Notes under the pieces: generated by a model
Told to the model about the DNA's origin: nothing
The model's database searches: none
Seen by the model: only the letters and a program-made list of their open reading frames with translations
Assembly (NCBI GenBank): GCA_965216875.1
Contig: OZ244207.1
Coordinates: forward strand, 800,001-864,000
DNA length: 64,000 nt
Direction: 5' to 3'
Source of the DNA: Rubripirellula sp.
GTDB lineage: Bacteria > Planctomycetota > Planctomycetia > Pirellulales > Pirellulaceae
Made by a program: the position numbers and the translations under genes
Shown here: piece after piece, positions 28,979 to 40,944 of the stretch
Layout: every line of letters starts with the position of its first letter
Position numbering within the stretch: the first letter of the stretch is position 1

Positions 28979-31900
28979 TCACCGAATATCACTCGCATGG
29001 GAATCGACATCCAAAGTTGATGTTCGCGACTGGTTTTGTTTGCCGGTGCCGATCTGCGCAAAGAACAGGTCCGATGCCGTGACGCTTCGGGCAGGCCGAA
29101 AACGCGTATCTTTCACAAGCTTTTTCTCGGTTGCGTCGATTTGTTCAGGCACTCGCTCGTCCACCACAGTGGATACATCAGGCGACGTGGGCACTGGCAA
29201 GACGCCAACGATTGATTCGGCTTCCGCGCTTACTGCATTGATACGCCCCAGTTCGTTGATGACACGCAGTGCGTCCAGTGCTGTTGCGTTGTCGTCGCCA
29301 TTTTGGTCGTAGTACTTCCCCGGCCACGCATCAACTTGCAGCGGGTCGAGCAATCTTGCGTCTTCACGATTCGAGAAAGCTCGCGTCCCCAGTTCGTTGA
29401 TGATGGCCAATGCGTCGAGGGATGTCACTTCACCGTTGTTGTTGACGTCACCTGCTTGAACGATGTTTTGCCATGGCCGAGACAAGTCCGCATCGATGCT
29501 GTCGGCAGTGTCAATGTTCTCGATGGATCGGATGAATCGTCCGTCAACAATGGACGTCTCGCCCATGCGCCAATCGCCCGGGTCATCAAATCGGAGGTCG
29601 TCTTCTTCTCCGCCGCGAATTCGCAGCCGACTTGATGTGATTTGTGACACCGCCGTCCGGTCGAGTACCAAGATCTGCTGAGAAGAGTCTGTGAGATCAA
29701 TCGTTTCGATTTGGCTTGCGTTTAGGTTCCCGTCGCTGGTCAGATCGACTGACGTTGAAGGCCCCAGAAGCACAATCGCATCATCGCCTAAACCTCCATC
29801 GACCTGGACGGCATTTTCGGCCAAAGCGCTCACGTCGATAAGAATGTCATTTTCTATCGCATTGCCAAGAATGGTAATGCCGGGAAGGCTACCGGAGGGT
29901 GCCGAGAAAAGTGTTCCTGTCGAGTTGCCGATGGTCACACGATCGTCGATGACTTCCAGAATCGCGTCTTGATCCACGAGCGAAACGATCGGAGATTGGC
30001 TTTGATCGATGATCACCAATCTGTGATCTTCCACCTCGCCATCGTCTGCGAGTCCGGTGGGTGAGAGCCCGCCCGCACTGCTCAATCGAAACCTCGCATA
30101 CGTTCCACCGATCGTCGTGCCGGCAGGCACAGAGAATGCCAATTGGTTTGTGCCTTGCGAGAGATTGACGGAGTCGAAAACTTGTTCACTTAAACTCCAG
30201 GTCCCGTCTTGGTCAAAGTCGATCCAACCATCCAGCTTGCCTTGGGCTGATGCATTGATCAACAGGCTGGAATCGGTTGCGGAAGCAGGCAAGCTGACAA
30301 CGGATGTGCCTAGGGTCAAACCATCTTCATCCGCAACGTCGGTATTGTCGTCTCCTCCGGCCGTGTCCGTCCCGGCGAGGTCATCGGGTAGCCCGTCAGG
30401 TTCGTAATCGAGTTCACTGCCGAGTCGCAGTGCACTGCTCTGTGCGTGTCTTGCCCCGTCCTGGTCAAGTGTTACGGGATAGCTGTTCGCAAAACCTGAC
30501 TGGCTTGCCGCCGGCGCATCGCCGAAATCAAAGAGCGCGTCGTCGTTCAGAATCGTTGCCGTTGCTACCGAGGCCGTTCCGACGTCGTAGTTTCCGCCAT
30601 CGGTCACCGTTACAACAATCGTCTCATCAGGTTCAACGTGGTCATCATCGTTTGGATCGATCACGACCGACGCACTACTTGCACCGGCCGCAATAGTGAT
30701 TGTCCCGGCGAGGGCGGCGTAGTCATCACCGGGGGTCGCTGTTCCGCCGACATCGTACGTGACTGCGAGCTCTTGCGAGTCATCGCCAACGCGGGTGAAT
30801 GTGTAGGTCAGAGTTTCGACGCCGTCTTCGTTGACGCTTGATGGCGAGACCGCGACCGAAACGGTTGGATCGGAATCGTCATTGACAATCGTGCCCGAAG
30901 CAGATGCAGGCGTGCCGACGTCGTAGTTTCCGCCATCGGTAACCGTAACAACAATCGTCTCATCAGGTTCAACCCGATCGTCGTCGTTCGGATCGATCAC
31001 CACCGACGCACTACTTGAACCGGCCGCAATGGTGACCGTTCCGGCCAGAGCAGCGTAATCGTCACCAGGTGTTGCTGTTCCGCCAACATCGTATGTGACA
31101 GTCAGCGCTTGCGAGTCGTCGCCGACGCGCGTAAACGTGTACGCAATGCTGTTCGTGCCGTTCTCATCAACCGAAAGCGGCGACGCCGAGACGGTAACGG
31201 TTGGCAACGGCTCGTCGTTGGTGATCGTTCCGGTTGCTGATGAGAGGGCACCCAACGTGTATTGACGGCCGAAGGCCAGATTCACAACGACAGTCTCATC
31301 GGGCTCGAGCAAATCGTCGTCGGTAGGATCAATGACGAGAGTGGCTTCGAGCGAACCAGCTGGAATCGTAATGGTCCCGGACAACGCCGGGTAATCGACT
31401 CCGTTCATTGCTGTTCCGGCTACCTCGTAGTTCACGGCGAGATCAAGCACGGATTCTCGCTCGCGTGCGAACGTGTAAACGAGCGTGCCCGAACCATCCT
31501 CGTTTGTCTGCGGGGAAGTTGCTGTGACCGAAACTTCGAAGGGATCGACCGGGGCGTCAAAGTCGCGATCCGTGATGTCATTCGCCGTTAACAATAACGG
31601 GTATTGAGAAATCGAAATGTCGTCCGAGTATTTCAAACCAAGCTGTGGACCAAAGGGGTCTGCGTCTTGGCTTGGTGCTGCGATCGCGATTCGGTCGGTC
31701 GATTTTCCGTTTAGCTGAAACTCACCAGTAAAGACGGGGATTCGCCGAGTTGCGCCATAGAGCACATTGATCTGAAAAACCTCCACGTTGCCGCCAGTGT
31801 CAAGGACTTGCACCGATGCGACCACGTTGTTGTTGACAGGTGTTGTGGAGGTAACGACCAAGCTTCCAGTGCGATCGTTGTACGTAATGTCATTGACCGC

Positions 31901-33139
31901 GCCTCTTGGGTTTCCGCTTCCAAAACCTTCGAGCGTCTCCAATTCCGCAAAACAGTTATCCACGACCCCACTCGATTCGACGTTGCAAAAGAACACGGTC
32001 GATTCGTCATGCGTGACGATTAGACCTGGGCCATCAAAAGGGGACGTCGTCGCAATTGCGGACGTCAGTTTGAGATCCGTATCGTCGGAGTCGTCTTTGA
32101 GGGTGCTGGTAATCGCAGAACCAAATCCACCATCACCCGTTCCCGGCAATATCGCCACCTGCGACGATTCCACTCCAAAGAGAGCGATATCCAAGTGCCC
32201 ATCGCCGTTGTAGTCCCCGCTGGTGAAACCACCAGGAAACTCAACGTCCGTTTCGGTAACCGTGCTGTCGTAATCGAGAGCACCGTTCCGCTGAAACAAA
32301 TGAATCTCGGCTTTCTGACTACTGTTCTGAGAGAGCACCGCGATCTCAGGACCGACGCTTGCGTCAAAATTGTCGACAATCACATCCAAGGGATTCGAGA
32401 CTGACGCGAGCAAGTCCGTTACAAAACTGTTTCCGTTGTACTGAGATTGAACGACCACATTCCCTTGATCGCCAGTGACGAACACTAAGTCGTCCTTGCC
32501 ATCTTGGTCGAGATCGCCGGTGGCTAACCTCGCTCGTTTTGCGTCGAACTTGAACAATCCCAGATTGACATTTGTGTGGGAAGCTGATGACGTCGCTGGA
32601 TAGGTCCCGTCAGCCTGACCTTCGAAGATCTCGAATGTCCCCGTGTTGAACCCGAACGGATTTCGTTGGACGACAACAATGTCGCTCGTTAGGTCTCCAT
32701 CGAAATCGCCGATCGCTATGTCGCCAACTTCTGTATCGCTTCCCAAGTCGAACAGTCGGGACTGATTCCGAAACAGCGCCAAGTCGACGCGACGATCGAA
32801 CGCAAAAATACTGTCCTGGTCTGGCGCCTCGATGCGTAGCGTGACGCGATCACCCGCGTTGAGGCTAGCGCCCAAGATTCGATAATTGCCATTGGAGTCC
32901 GTGTCCGCAAACGGTTCGCCAGCATCAAGCTCCTGATTGAGATTGAGGTCAATGTAGACTCGGGCCTCACTGGGCAAGCCGAAGTCGTTGACTTGGCCCA
33001 AGATGTCTCCGGCCAGCATTGCGCGTTGCTCGAGACGCTCGATCCTACACCTGGAACGTCGGGTCAATCTTCTTCGAGGCCTCTTGTTGTGGGCGTTCAA
33101 TCCGGCGTTGAATGGCTGGCGAGTTGAGCGAGTAAGCAT
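28979..33139 (-). CDS. Large planctomycete surface protein: extracellular signal motif, SdrD-B-like, FG-GAP repeats, 3x Calx-beta, GEVED, dockerin
   Basis: RCRIERLEQRAMLAGD; VYIDLNLNQELDAGEP; GDFDGD/GDLDQDG/GDYNGDG; GGTATPGDDY repeats; DFGDAP...DGEVED; GDVNNNGEVTSLDALAIINEL. Confidence 0.9.
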   Translation of the reverse strand: MLTRSTRQPFNAGLNAHNKRPRRRLTRRSRCRIERLEQRAMLAGDILGQVNDFGLPSEARVYIDLNLNQELDAGEPFADTDSNGNYRILGASLNAGDRVTLRIEAPDQDSIFAFDRRVDLALFRNQSRLFDLGSDTEVGDIAIGDFDGDLTSDIVVVQRNPFGFNTGTFEIFEGQADGTYPATSSASHTNVNLGLFKFDAKRARLATGDLDQDGKDDLVFVTGDQGNVVVQSQYNGNSFVTDLLASVSNPLDVIVDNFDASVGPEIAVLSQNSSQKAEIHLFQRNGALDYDSTVTETDVEFPGGFTSGDYNGDGHLDIALFGVESSQVAILPGTGDGGFGSAITSTLKDDSDDTDLKLTSAIATTSPFDGPGLIVTHDESTVFFCNVESSGVVDNCFAELETLEGFGSGNPRGAVNDITYNDRTGSLVVTSTTPVNNNVVASVQVLDTGGNVEVFQINVLYGATRRIPVFTGEFQLNGKSTDRIAIAAPSQDADPFGPQLGLKYSDDISISQYPLLLTANDITDRDFDAPVDPFEVSVTATSPQTNEDGSGTLVYTFARERESVLDLAVNYEVAGTAMNGVDYPALSGTITIPAGSLEATLVIDPTDDDLLEPDETVVVNLAFGRQYTLGALSSATGTITNDEPLPTVTVSASPLSVDENGTNSIAYTFTRVGDDSQALTVTYDVGGTATPGDDYAALAGTVTIAAGSSSASVVIDPNDDDRVEPDETIVVTVTDGGNYDVGTPASASGTIVNDDSDPTVSVAVSPSSVNEDGVETLTYTFTRVGDDSQELAVTYDVGGTATPGDDYAALAGTITIAAGASSASVVIDPNDDDHVEPDETIVVTVTDGGNYDVGTASVATATILNDDALFDFGDAPAASQSGFANSYPVTLDQDGARHAQSSALRLGSELDYEPDGLPDDLAGTDTAGGDDNTDVADEDGLTLGTSVVSLPASATDSSLLINASAQGKLDGWIDFDQDGTWSLSEQVFDSVNLSQGTNQLAFSVPAGTTIGGTYARFRLSSAGGLSPTGLADDGEVEDHRLVIIDQSQSPIVSLVDQDAILEVIDDRVTIGNSTGTLFSAPSGSLPGITILGNAIENDILIDVSALAENAVQVDGGLGDDAIVLLGPSTSVDLTSDGNLNASQIETIDLTDSSQQILVLDRTAVSQITSSRLRIRGGEEDDLRFDDPGDWRMGETSIVDGRFIRSIENIDTADSIDADLSRPWQNIVQAGDVNNNGEVTSLDALAIINELGTRAFSNREDARLLDPLQVDAWPGKYYDQNGDDNATALDALRVINELGRINAVSAEAESIVGVLPVPTSPDVSTVVDERVPEQIDATEKKLVKDTRFRPARSVTASDLFFAQIGTGKQNQSRTSTLDVDSHASDIR
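30545..31215 (-). repeat. Intragenic tandem duplication of a Calx-beta module (336-bp period)
   Basis: GACGTCGTAGTTTCCGCCATCGGT occurs at 30581 and 30917; the 112-aa units are near-identical. Confidence 0.9.
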
Positions 33140-33241
33140 TTTCTACTGGGGGCAACACAAAGATCCGGCACTATACTGATTCCTCAAATATTGAATCACG
33201 GAGGCACCGTGGATTCAAGGAAATCTAGCCAAACACAACGC

Positions 33242-36200
33242 ATGTCTGATCAAACAGAAGTCAAAGCGCAAGCCGTTGCCCGAAGGGTCGCCGAACTCGA
33301 CGACTCTGACTGGGAGAGGCGTATCGCCGAACTGTGTGGCGATGACAACGAATTGTCACAACGTGTACGGGTGTTGCTCGCCCAGACGATTTCCCCCTCG
33401 ACGATCGACACGAACGAGCACGCCCCTTCCACCACGGTGACGCCTGAGCCGAGCCTCGACGCAAACGAAACACTGGAAACACCGAATTATCTAAGCAACG
33501 CAGAGCAACTTGCCGCGTTGCTCAGTAGCGATTTTGGTGACCAAAACAACGAACTGTCAGCCAGCGACCGAAAGGCATTAGCCGATGCCTGCAGCGAATT
33601 CGAGAAACAGTGGCAAAGCAACTCACCACCGGAAATCGCCGACTTCGTACTTGATGAGTTTGCTGAACCAATCAGGCACCAACTTGTTCGGGACCTCGTT
33701 TGCGCAGATATCGTCCATCGCGAACGATCGGGAAAATCGCTCTCCCCAGGTGACTATTTGAAACGTATGCCCGGGTATCGGCTGGCCATCGAATCGGCAT
33801 GGTGGTCAAGGTTCTACCAAATGCGGACCCAGCCCGACGCATCCGATCGTGCTCGTGAACTCGCAACTCACGTCTCGAACGCTGCTAGCGGTATGGATGG
33901 CGAAGACGATGGATCGCGCGGCCGTTTCCAGCCCTACGCGTTGCATGCGAGTGGCGGATTGGGCGCAGTTTTTCGTGCTCGAGATCAACAGATTCGACGC
34001 ACCGTTGCGCTCAAGGAAATCCGTAGCGACCGTGTCGATCAGCCGTCGGCCAGGGAACGGTTTTTGTTTGAGGCGAAGGTAACTGGTGAACTTGAACACC
34101 CAGGAATCGTGCCGATCTACGGTCTCGGCAAACACCGCGACGGTAGACCTTACTATGCAATGCGATTTGTCGTTGGCGAAACTCTAAGCCGCTCGATTCG
34201 AGAGTTTCACGATCAGCATCCCCAGCCAGGCAGCGACGCCTTTTACTCGCAAGCATTTCGCGCTCTCATTCGACGCTTCGTCGACGTTTGCAATGCGATT
34301 CATTACGCACACGACCAAGGCGTTTTGCATCGTGACATCAAGCCTGACAACGTCATGCTTGGACAGTACGGCGAGACTCTGGTTGTCGACTGGGGGCTTG
34401 CCAAACGGTATGCGTTAGACGATGCCGATGGAACCGAGACGTCGGAAGCGGACGAGAGTTTGCCGCTCCTTGCCGAGTGCGATGATGTTTCGGGCGACAG
34501 CGTCAAAGGAACGCTGGTCTTCATGAGTCCAGAGCAGGCAGCGGGAAAGAATCAACAGCTCACCGAAGCGACCGACATCTATAGCCTCGGTGCGATGTTG
34601 TTCAACCTACTGACAAACCAATACTCCGTAGGTGGTGAAAGTAGCCGAGAGAAGCTGGACCGCGTGAAACGGGGCGAAGTTCGCGATGTTGTTGACCTTG
34701 TTTCGACAGCGCCCCGGCCACTCGTTTCGATATGCCGCAAAGCGATGGCGTTCGAACCAGCCGACCGCTACAAGTCGGCGTCTGAACTTGCTGATGATCT
34801 CGAACGTTGGGCGGGCGATGAACTTGTTGTCGCGCACGCCGATGTCGAATCAATTGCCGACCGCTCCGCTCGACTCTTCCGACGCTATCGTAGTTGGACG
34901 CTCGCCGGGGTTTCGTCCGCGCTTGTTATCACCGTTGTATCCATCGCCGCGGCGCTGCTGATCGGCAGTGCTTGGAGGGGTGAGTCTCTGGCGAAGGCAG
35001 ATGCGCTGAAGTCAAAAGGGGAGGCCCTTGTCTTTCTGGAAAGCGCAGAGGAATCCATTAATGATTGGCTCGTTCATAGCAGTGATTCACTCACTTACCT
35101 TCCTGGGGGCGTGTCGGTGCGGCAACGCCTTCTCGAAATGGCAGCGGAAGACTATCGCGAGCTGGCGCATCTGAGCAGCCATGATCCTGAGATCGCAATT
35201 CATCGTGGTCGCATCATGCTTCGACTGGGTGACATCGCAAGGCGTGCGCGAGACACAGCCCAAGCTCGAGTGGAATACGCGGCAGCATTGGAGGTGTTTC
35301 GCGCTAGTGATACCGACGAGTACCTTGCAGAACAGGCGAACACTCATTTACGGCTTGGAAAGTGCGACGTCATCGACAACGATTTGGCTGCTGCGCGAGC
35401 CGAGTACAAGGTGGCTGTTGAGATTCTGGATTCACTGGCGAGTTTGAATCGTTCAGCGCGGCACCTTCGTTACCTTGCAGCGGCTCGAATCAACCTTGGT
35501 GCCGTTTTGACAGAGCTTGGCGAGTTGGAGCTTGCTCTTAATGAGCTTGGCATCGCCAACGAACTCTTCGAAAAGATTGAGTCGTTGGCTGGCGAACTCG
35601 ATCGCGAAGAACAGAGCCAACAGGCAATTGCGCTGGAATACCTTGGGCGAATTCATGAGCAGCGAGGCGAATTTGACCGCGCCGCCAGTGACCTCATGCT
35701 GGCGGCATCTCAGCTCGATGCGCTCGTCGCCAGCGTCCCTGATTATCCTCCCTTTCTTGAACGCCGCGCCGACGTTCGCGTCTCGATCGCCAGACTAAGG
35801 TCCGAGTTTGGAGATCACAAGCAAGCTCTACAGCACTGTGAACTTGTCGTAGGGGACTACGGAGCGTTGTTGCGTTCAATGCCTGACGACGCTTTTTACC
35901 GTGAAAAATTGGGGCTAGCACTCACGAACCTGGCAATCACTCAGCACCACGGCGACCAACCCCACGTCGCGTTAGAAACACTTTCCCAAGTCGAGCCGGT
36001 CTATGAGCAAGTGCTCGACGAATATGGATTGACGGTCGAGGCGCTGACCTTTCTGGATGCCAAGGGGAGTGTTCTCGTCGACCAAGAGAAGTCCGACGAG
36101 GCAGTCGCGCTCTATCGACGGATTGAAACGCAATATGAAATGGTCGTCGATGAAACGATGCCAAAGAAAGAATTGCGCGAACGTTTCGCAATCGCGCTAA

Positions 36201-36847
36201 GTCATCACGGTCTTGCCCAGCAACAATTGGGTGACATCGAATCGTCTACGACAAAGTTTCGTCAATCGTTGCAGCTCCTCACGGATCTGATAGCGGAACA
36301 GGATCTACCTCGCTACCGAGAGTTGATTGCGTCCGTCTATGAGCGGCTCGCGTATGCGCAGTTCGAGGATGACCCGACGGTCGCAAGAGATGCCTTCTCG
36401 AAAGCCCTCGAACAACGCGAGTCGATTCGTCCTGAATATCAATCACCGAGGCACCTGCGCGATTTTGCGCTGATGATTGCGGTCTGCCCGTTCAAAGAAA
36501 TACGTGAGGCAAATCTGACGAGGGCGCACAAGCATTCGGCTGCGGCCAACACACGTTTGCCTGCGGACCACCAGACCGCGAGCGTCTATGCGATCCTGAC
36601 TTCGCACCAAAATCCCCAGGCTGCGCTGACCTTGATCGACGAGATCGAATCTCAGTTCCAATCACGTACTGCCCGAGATCACTTTGCAGCGGCGGTCGCA
36701 CATCACGCTTTGGGAAACATCGAGCGAGCAAATGACGCCTTCAAAGAAGCAGAGGATTGGATGTCCGAACTTCGCCCGGGCGACCACCAACTAAGAGCTC
36801 TACGGGCCCATGTGAAACGCAAACTGCGTGAAACTCGGCCTCAATAG
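33242..36847 (+). CDS. Hanks-type Ser/Thr protein kinase with TM helix and TPR repeats
   Basis: HASGGLGAV; VALKEI; HRDIKPDN; DWGLAK; GTLVFMSPEQ; TM segment WTLAGVSSALVITVVSIAAALLIG; helical TPR-like C-terminus. Confidence 0.93.
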   Translation: MSDQTEVKAQAVARRVAELDDSDWERRIAELCGDDNELSQRVRVLLAQTISPSTIDTNEHAPSTTVTPEPSLDANETLETPNYLSNAEQLAALLSSDFGDQNNELSASDRKALADACSEFEKQWQSNSPPEIADFVLDEFAEPIRHQLVRDLVCADIVHRERSGKSLSPGDYLKRMPGYRLAIESAWWSRFYQMRTQPDASDRARELATHVSNAASGMDGEDDGSRGRFQPYALHASGGLGAVFRARDQQIRRTVALKEIRSDRVDQPSARERFLFEAKVTGELEHPGIVPIYGLGKHRDGRPYYAMRFVVGETLSRSIREFHDQHPQPGSDAFYSQAFRALIRRFVDVCNAIHYAHDQGVLHRDIKPDNVMLGQYGETLVVDWGLAKRYALDDADGTETSEADESLPLLAECDDVSGDSVKGTLVFMSPEQAAGKNQQLTEATDIYSLGAMLFNLLTNQYSVGGESSREKLDRVKRGEVRDVVDLVSTAPRPLVSICRKAMAFEPADRYKSASELADDLERWAGDELVVAHADVESIADRSARLFRRYRSWTLAGVSSALVITVVSIAAALLIGSAWRGESLAKADALKSKGEALVFLESAEESINDWLVHSSDSLTYLPGGVSVRQRLLEMAAEDYRELAHLSSHDPEIAIHRGRIMLRLGDIARRARDTAQARVEYAAALEVFRASDTDEYLAEQANTHLRLGKCDVIDNDLAAARAEYKVAVEILDSLASLNRSARHLRYLAAARINLGAVLTELGELELALNELGIANELFEKIESLAGELDREEQSQQAIALEYLGRIHEQRGEFDRAASDLMLAASQLDALVASVPDYPPFLERRADVRVSIARLRSEFGDHKQALQHCELVVGDYGALLRSMPDDAFYREKLGLALTNLAITQHHGDQPHVALETLSQVEPVYEQVLDEYGLTVEALTFLDAKGSVLVDQEKSDEAVALYRRIETQYEMVVDETMPKKELRERFAIALSHHGLAQQQLGDIESSTTKFRQSLQLLTDLIAEQDLPRYRELIASVYERLAYAQFEDDPTVARDAFSKALEQRESIRPEYQSPRHLRDFALMIAVCPFKEIREANLTRAHKHSAAANTRLPADHQTASVYAILTSHQNPQAALTLIDEIESQFQSRTARDHFAAAVAHHALGNIERANDAFKEAEDWMSELRPGDHQLRALRAHVKRKLRETRPQ

Positions 36848-37059
36848 GCTAGGTGGCGCAAACTGCGGAAACTCTTCCGCCTTCAAGACGTAGACCCTGT
36901 CACTCGTCCCAATTGTGCCGATTGGGAAGGTAGTAAGGGCCTTCGTTTCACAGAAGCGGCAGTGAATCGATGCGGGTTTCTCAACCACAGGTGCGGCTGT
37001 GAAGTGACCGTACTTTGGATCCTCCGCCATGATTGGACCAAGAAGCTCGTAGTCAACCA

Positions 37060-39552
37060 ATGTCCACGATCCGTTTGGTCGCACTCTCCGTTTGGCTTTG
37101 TCTTAGCGGTGTCTCTAGCCACTTGATGGCCGACGACACCAGCAACCAAGCGAGTTTGCGTTCCGAAGAAGGGCAGGCGTTTCGCCCCGTTGTCGTGGCC
37201 GCGTTACCTTTTTCCATCGCGGAACAATACGCGCGGGACTCTGAGGTTTCTCGCTTCATCGAGGAAACCTCGCCACTGCAACAGGCCAGCATGCTGCAGC
37301 CCATGCCACTGATCTTGCCTCGCGGTGAGGTCACACCTGAGTTGGGTTTGACCGTCTCGACAAACGGAATCGCGGCCGGAGCGTCAACGAATTTTGCTGC
37401 GCGGCTCTATGGTGGCGGTCGCGCAGACCGAAGCTTGTTGCGCAAAGCAAAACTCGGATCGCCTTCGCTAAGTGTCGATGTGATTCGGGGCGCCGAGGCA
37501 GCCCCGCTGACCTCTACCGATCTTGGGCACCTTCTCAAGCGTTCAACTTCGGCACTGAGCGTGGAGACACAAAGTCGTACGCCGATTGTTGGTGACTCGC
37601 GGATACGTGGCTCTCGTGCGGGTTCGCTTGCCGCTTCGGGATCACACTGGGTCCCAGCTCGAGCGGACCTCGACACGGCAATGAACAAGATCGATTCCCG
37701 CCAGATCCGTGATGTGATCGTGATTCCAGGTCCCTACAGCAGCGTGTACGGACCTGCCTTCAATTACTTGGACTTCCAGCTCGAATCATCGCCACGATAT
37801 GAAAACGGGCGCGAGACTCACGGCAATTCAAGCTTCGAACACAAGAGCAATGGAAACCAATGGCTTGGCCAGCAGACTTTGCTCGTTGGCGGGCAAGATT
37901 GGGGGATTCGAGGTTCCTATGCTCATCGAAGGGGAAGCAATTACCGAAGCGGCGACGGGGTGTCCACGGCATCGAGCTACGAGTCGCGGATTTTCAACAT
38001 TGCAATGGGCAAGGACTTTGATGCCGATCGCAGCATCGAGCTTTCCTTGTTGCGTCTCGATCAGACGGACGTCGAATTCCCTGGCTTCGTCTTCGACATC
38101 AACAATCTTGTCACCGATGGGTACGAGGCTGTTTACTCCAATTCCGATTCCTGGATTGGCGATCGAACGGAAACGGAGATCTGGTACAACCGAACCGATT
38201 TCAATGGTGACTCTGACAATCCCGAAAAGCAGAATCAATTCCCGTTCTTGGCGTTCGTGGACTTCAACGGTGTTACCGACGCCGATGTGATGTCGACCGG
38301 TTATCGACGCGCGATCAGTTGGGGCATTCAGCCTGACGAACTACGGTTTACTGTGGGGCATGATCTGCGTTTTATCAAACAGGAAGTGAACGAAGTATTC
38401 GACACACTCAGGCTTGGGGCTCCGGCTAGGTTTTTCGGGCAAGCGCCGCTTCCACGGTCCTTTTCTGTTAACCCTGGGTTGTTCGCGGAATACTACGAGC
38501 GTTTCTGTGACGTCTATGCGTTTCAATCTGGACTGCGGCTCGACTACGTCCAAACCGACATCACCGAAGATCCCGCAAATCTACAGAGCGTTGGTTTGAC
38601 TGGCCGCACTTATGAAGATGTCATCGGCACCAATCTTTCACAACGCGACCGTCTCCTTTGGAGTCTCTATGGACGTTTAGAAAAGAAGATCTCGCCTCAA
38701 CTGACCGGCTCCGTCTCGGTTGGCTACGCTGAGCGGGCGCCGACGCTGACTGAGCTTTATGGCGTCGAACAGTTGTTGCTGATGGTGCAGAATGGGCTGA
38801 ATACGCTGACAGGTGACCCACGCTTGAAAACTGAAAAACTGATCCAATTTGATGTCAGCGCAGACTATGAGGGAAAATGGTTTCGCGGTGGCGCTCGCGG
38901 CTATCATGGCTGGGCCTTCGACTACATCACCTTTGAAAACACGGGCGTCGTTATCTTCAACGGCAGCGTGGTTCAAACCAACTTGCGCGCCGTGAACACT
39001 CGGCTGGCAACGCTTGCCGGGTTTGAAGCCTATGCTGAGGTTGCTCCGAAAGAGCCGCTAACACTCTTTGCCATTGCCAAGGGTTCCGACGGGCGTGACC
39101 GAACTCGAAACGGCGATTTCGCAACGCGCGCGGCAAACACCTTTTTCGCCTCTGAACGTATCGCGGGGCTTCCTCGTGGTGCGTTCAGTTTTGTTCCGGG
39201 CAACGATTCTGAGTCGCTACCTGGTATCAGTCCATTCGAAACACGTTTGGGCGTGCGTCTACGCGACAACGTCGATGAACCTCAATGGATCGTCGAATTG
39301 GCGGCACGCGTCGTTGACAATCAAGATCGTGTCGCAAGTAGTCTGCTTGAATTTGCGACTCCCGGATTCACGGTTTGGGATCTACGCACAGTGTGGCAAC
39401 CGCGACAATGGGACCGACTGACGGTCTACAGCGGCGTCGAGAACTTCACCGACAAAGCCTACCGCGAACACCTCGATTTTCAATCCAGAGCGGGCGTCAG
39501 CGTTTTGCAACCTGGCGCCACCTTCTATGTCGGAGCCGACATCGACTACTGA
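37060..39552 (+). CDS. TonB-dependent receptor
   Basis: Signal peptide; plug DSRIRG..VIVIPGPYSSVYG; YAERAPTLTELY; TPGFTVWDLR; GVENFTDKAYREHL; ends in aromatic residue (ADIDY). Confidence 0.9.
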   Translation: MSTIRLVALSVWLCLSGVSSHLMADDTSNQASLRSEEGQAFRPVVVAALPFSIAEQYARDSEVSRFIEETSPLQQASMLQPMPLILPRGEVTPELGLTVSTNGIAAGASTNFAARLYGGGRADRSLLRKAKLGSPSLSVDVIRGAEAAPLTSTDLGHLLKRSTSALSVETQSRTPIVGDSRIRGSRAGSLAASGSHWVPARADLDTAMNKIDSRQIRDVIVIPGPYSSVYGPAFNYLDFQLESSPRYENGRETHGNSSFEHKSNGNQWLGQQTLLVGGQDWGIRGSYAHRRGSNYRSGDGVSTASSYESRIFNIAMGKDFDADRSIELSLLRLDQTDVEFPGFVFDINNLVTDGYEAVYSNSDSWIGDRTETEIWYNRTDFNGDSDNPEKQNQFPFLAFVDFNGVTDADVMSTGYRRAISWGIQPDELRFTVGHDLRFIKQEVNEVFDTLRLGAPARFFGQAPLPRSFSVNPGLFAEYYERFCDVYAFQSGLRLDYVQTDITEDPANLQSVGLTGRTYEDVIGTNLSQRDRLLWSLYGRLEKKISPQLTGSVSVGYAERAPTLTELYGVEQLLLMVQNGLNTLTGDPRLKTEKLIQFDVSADYEGKWFRGGARGYHGWAFDYITFENTGVVIFNGSVVQTNLRAVNTRLATLAGFEAYAEVAPKEPLTLFAIAKGSDGRDRTRNGDFATRAANTFFASERIAGLPRGAFSFVPGNDSESLPGISPFETRLGVRLRDNVDEPQWIVELAARVVDNQDRVASSLLEFATPGFTVWDLRTVWQPRQWDRLTVYSGVENFTDKAYREHLDFQSRAGVSVLQPGATFYVGADIDY

Positions 39553-39582
39553 GAAGACAAGCAGACTATCGCACACCGATAA

Positions 39583-40944
<1,362 letters not shown>

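Noticed and set aside
36848..37059. Cobalamin riboswitch upstream of the TonB receptor
   Set aside because: Only a 7-bp hairpin (TCCCAAT/ATTGGGA); conserved B12-box elements not found.
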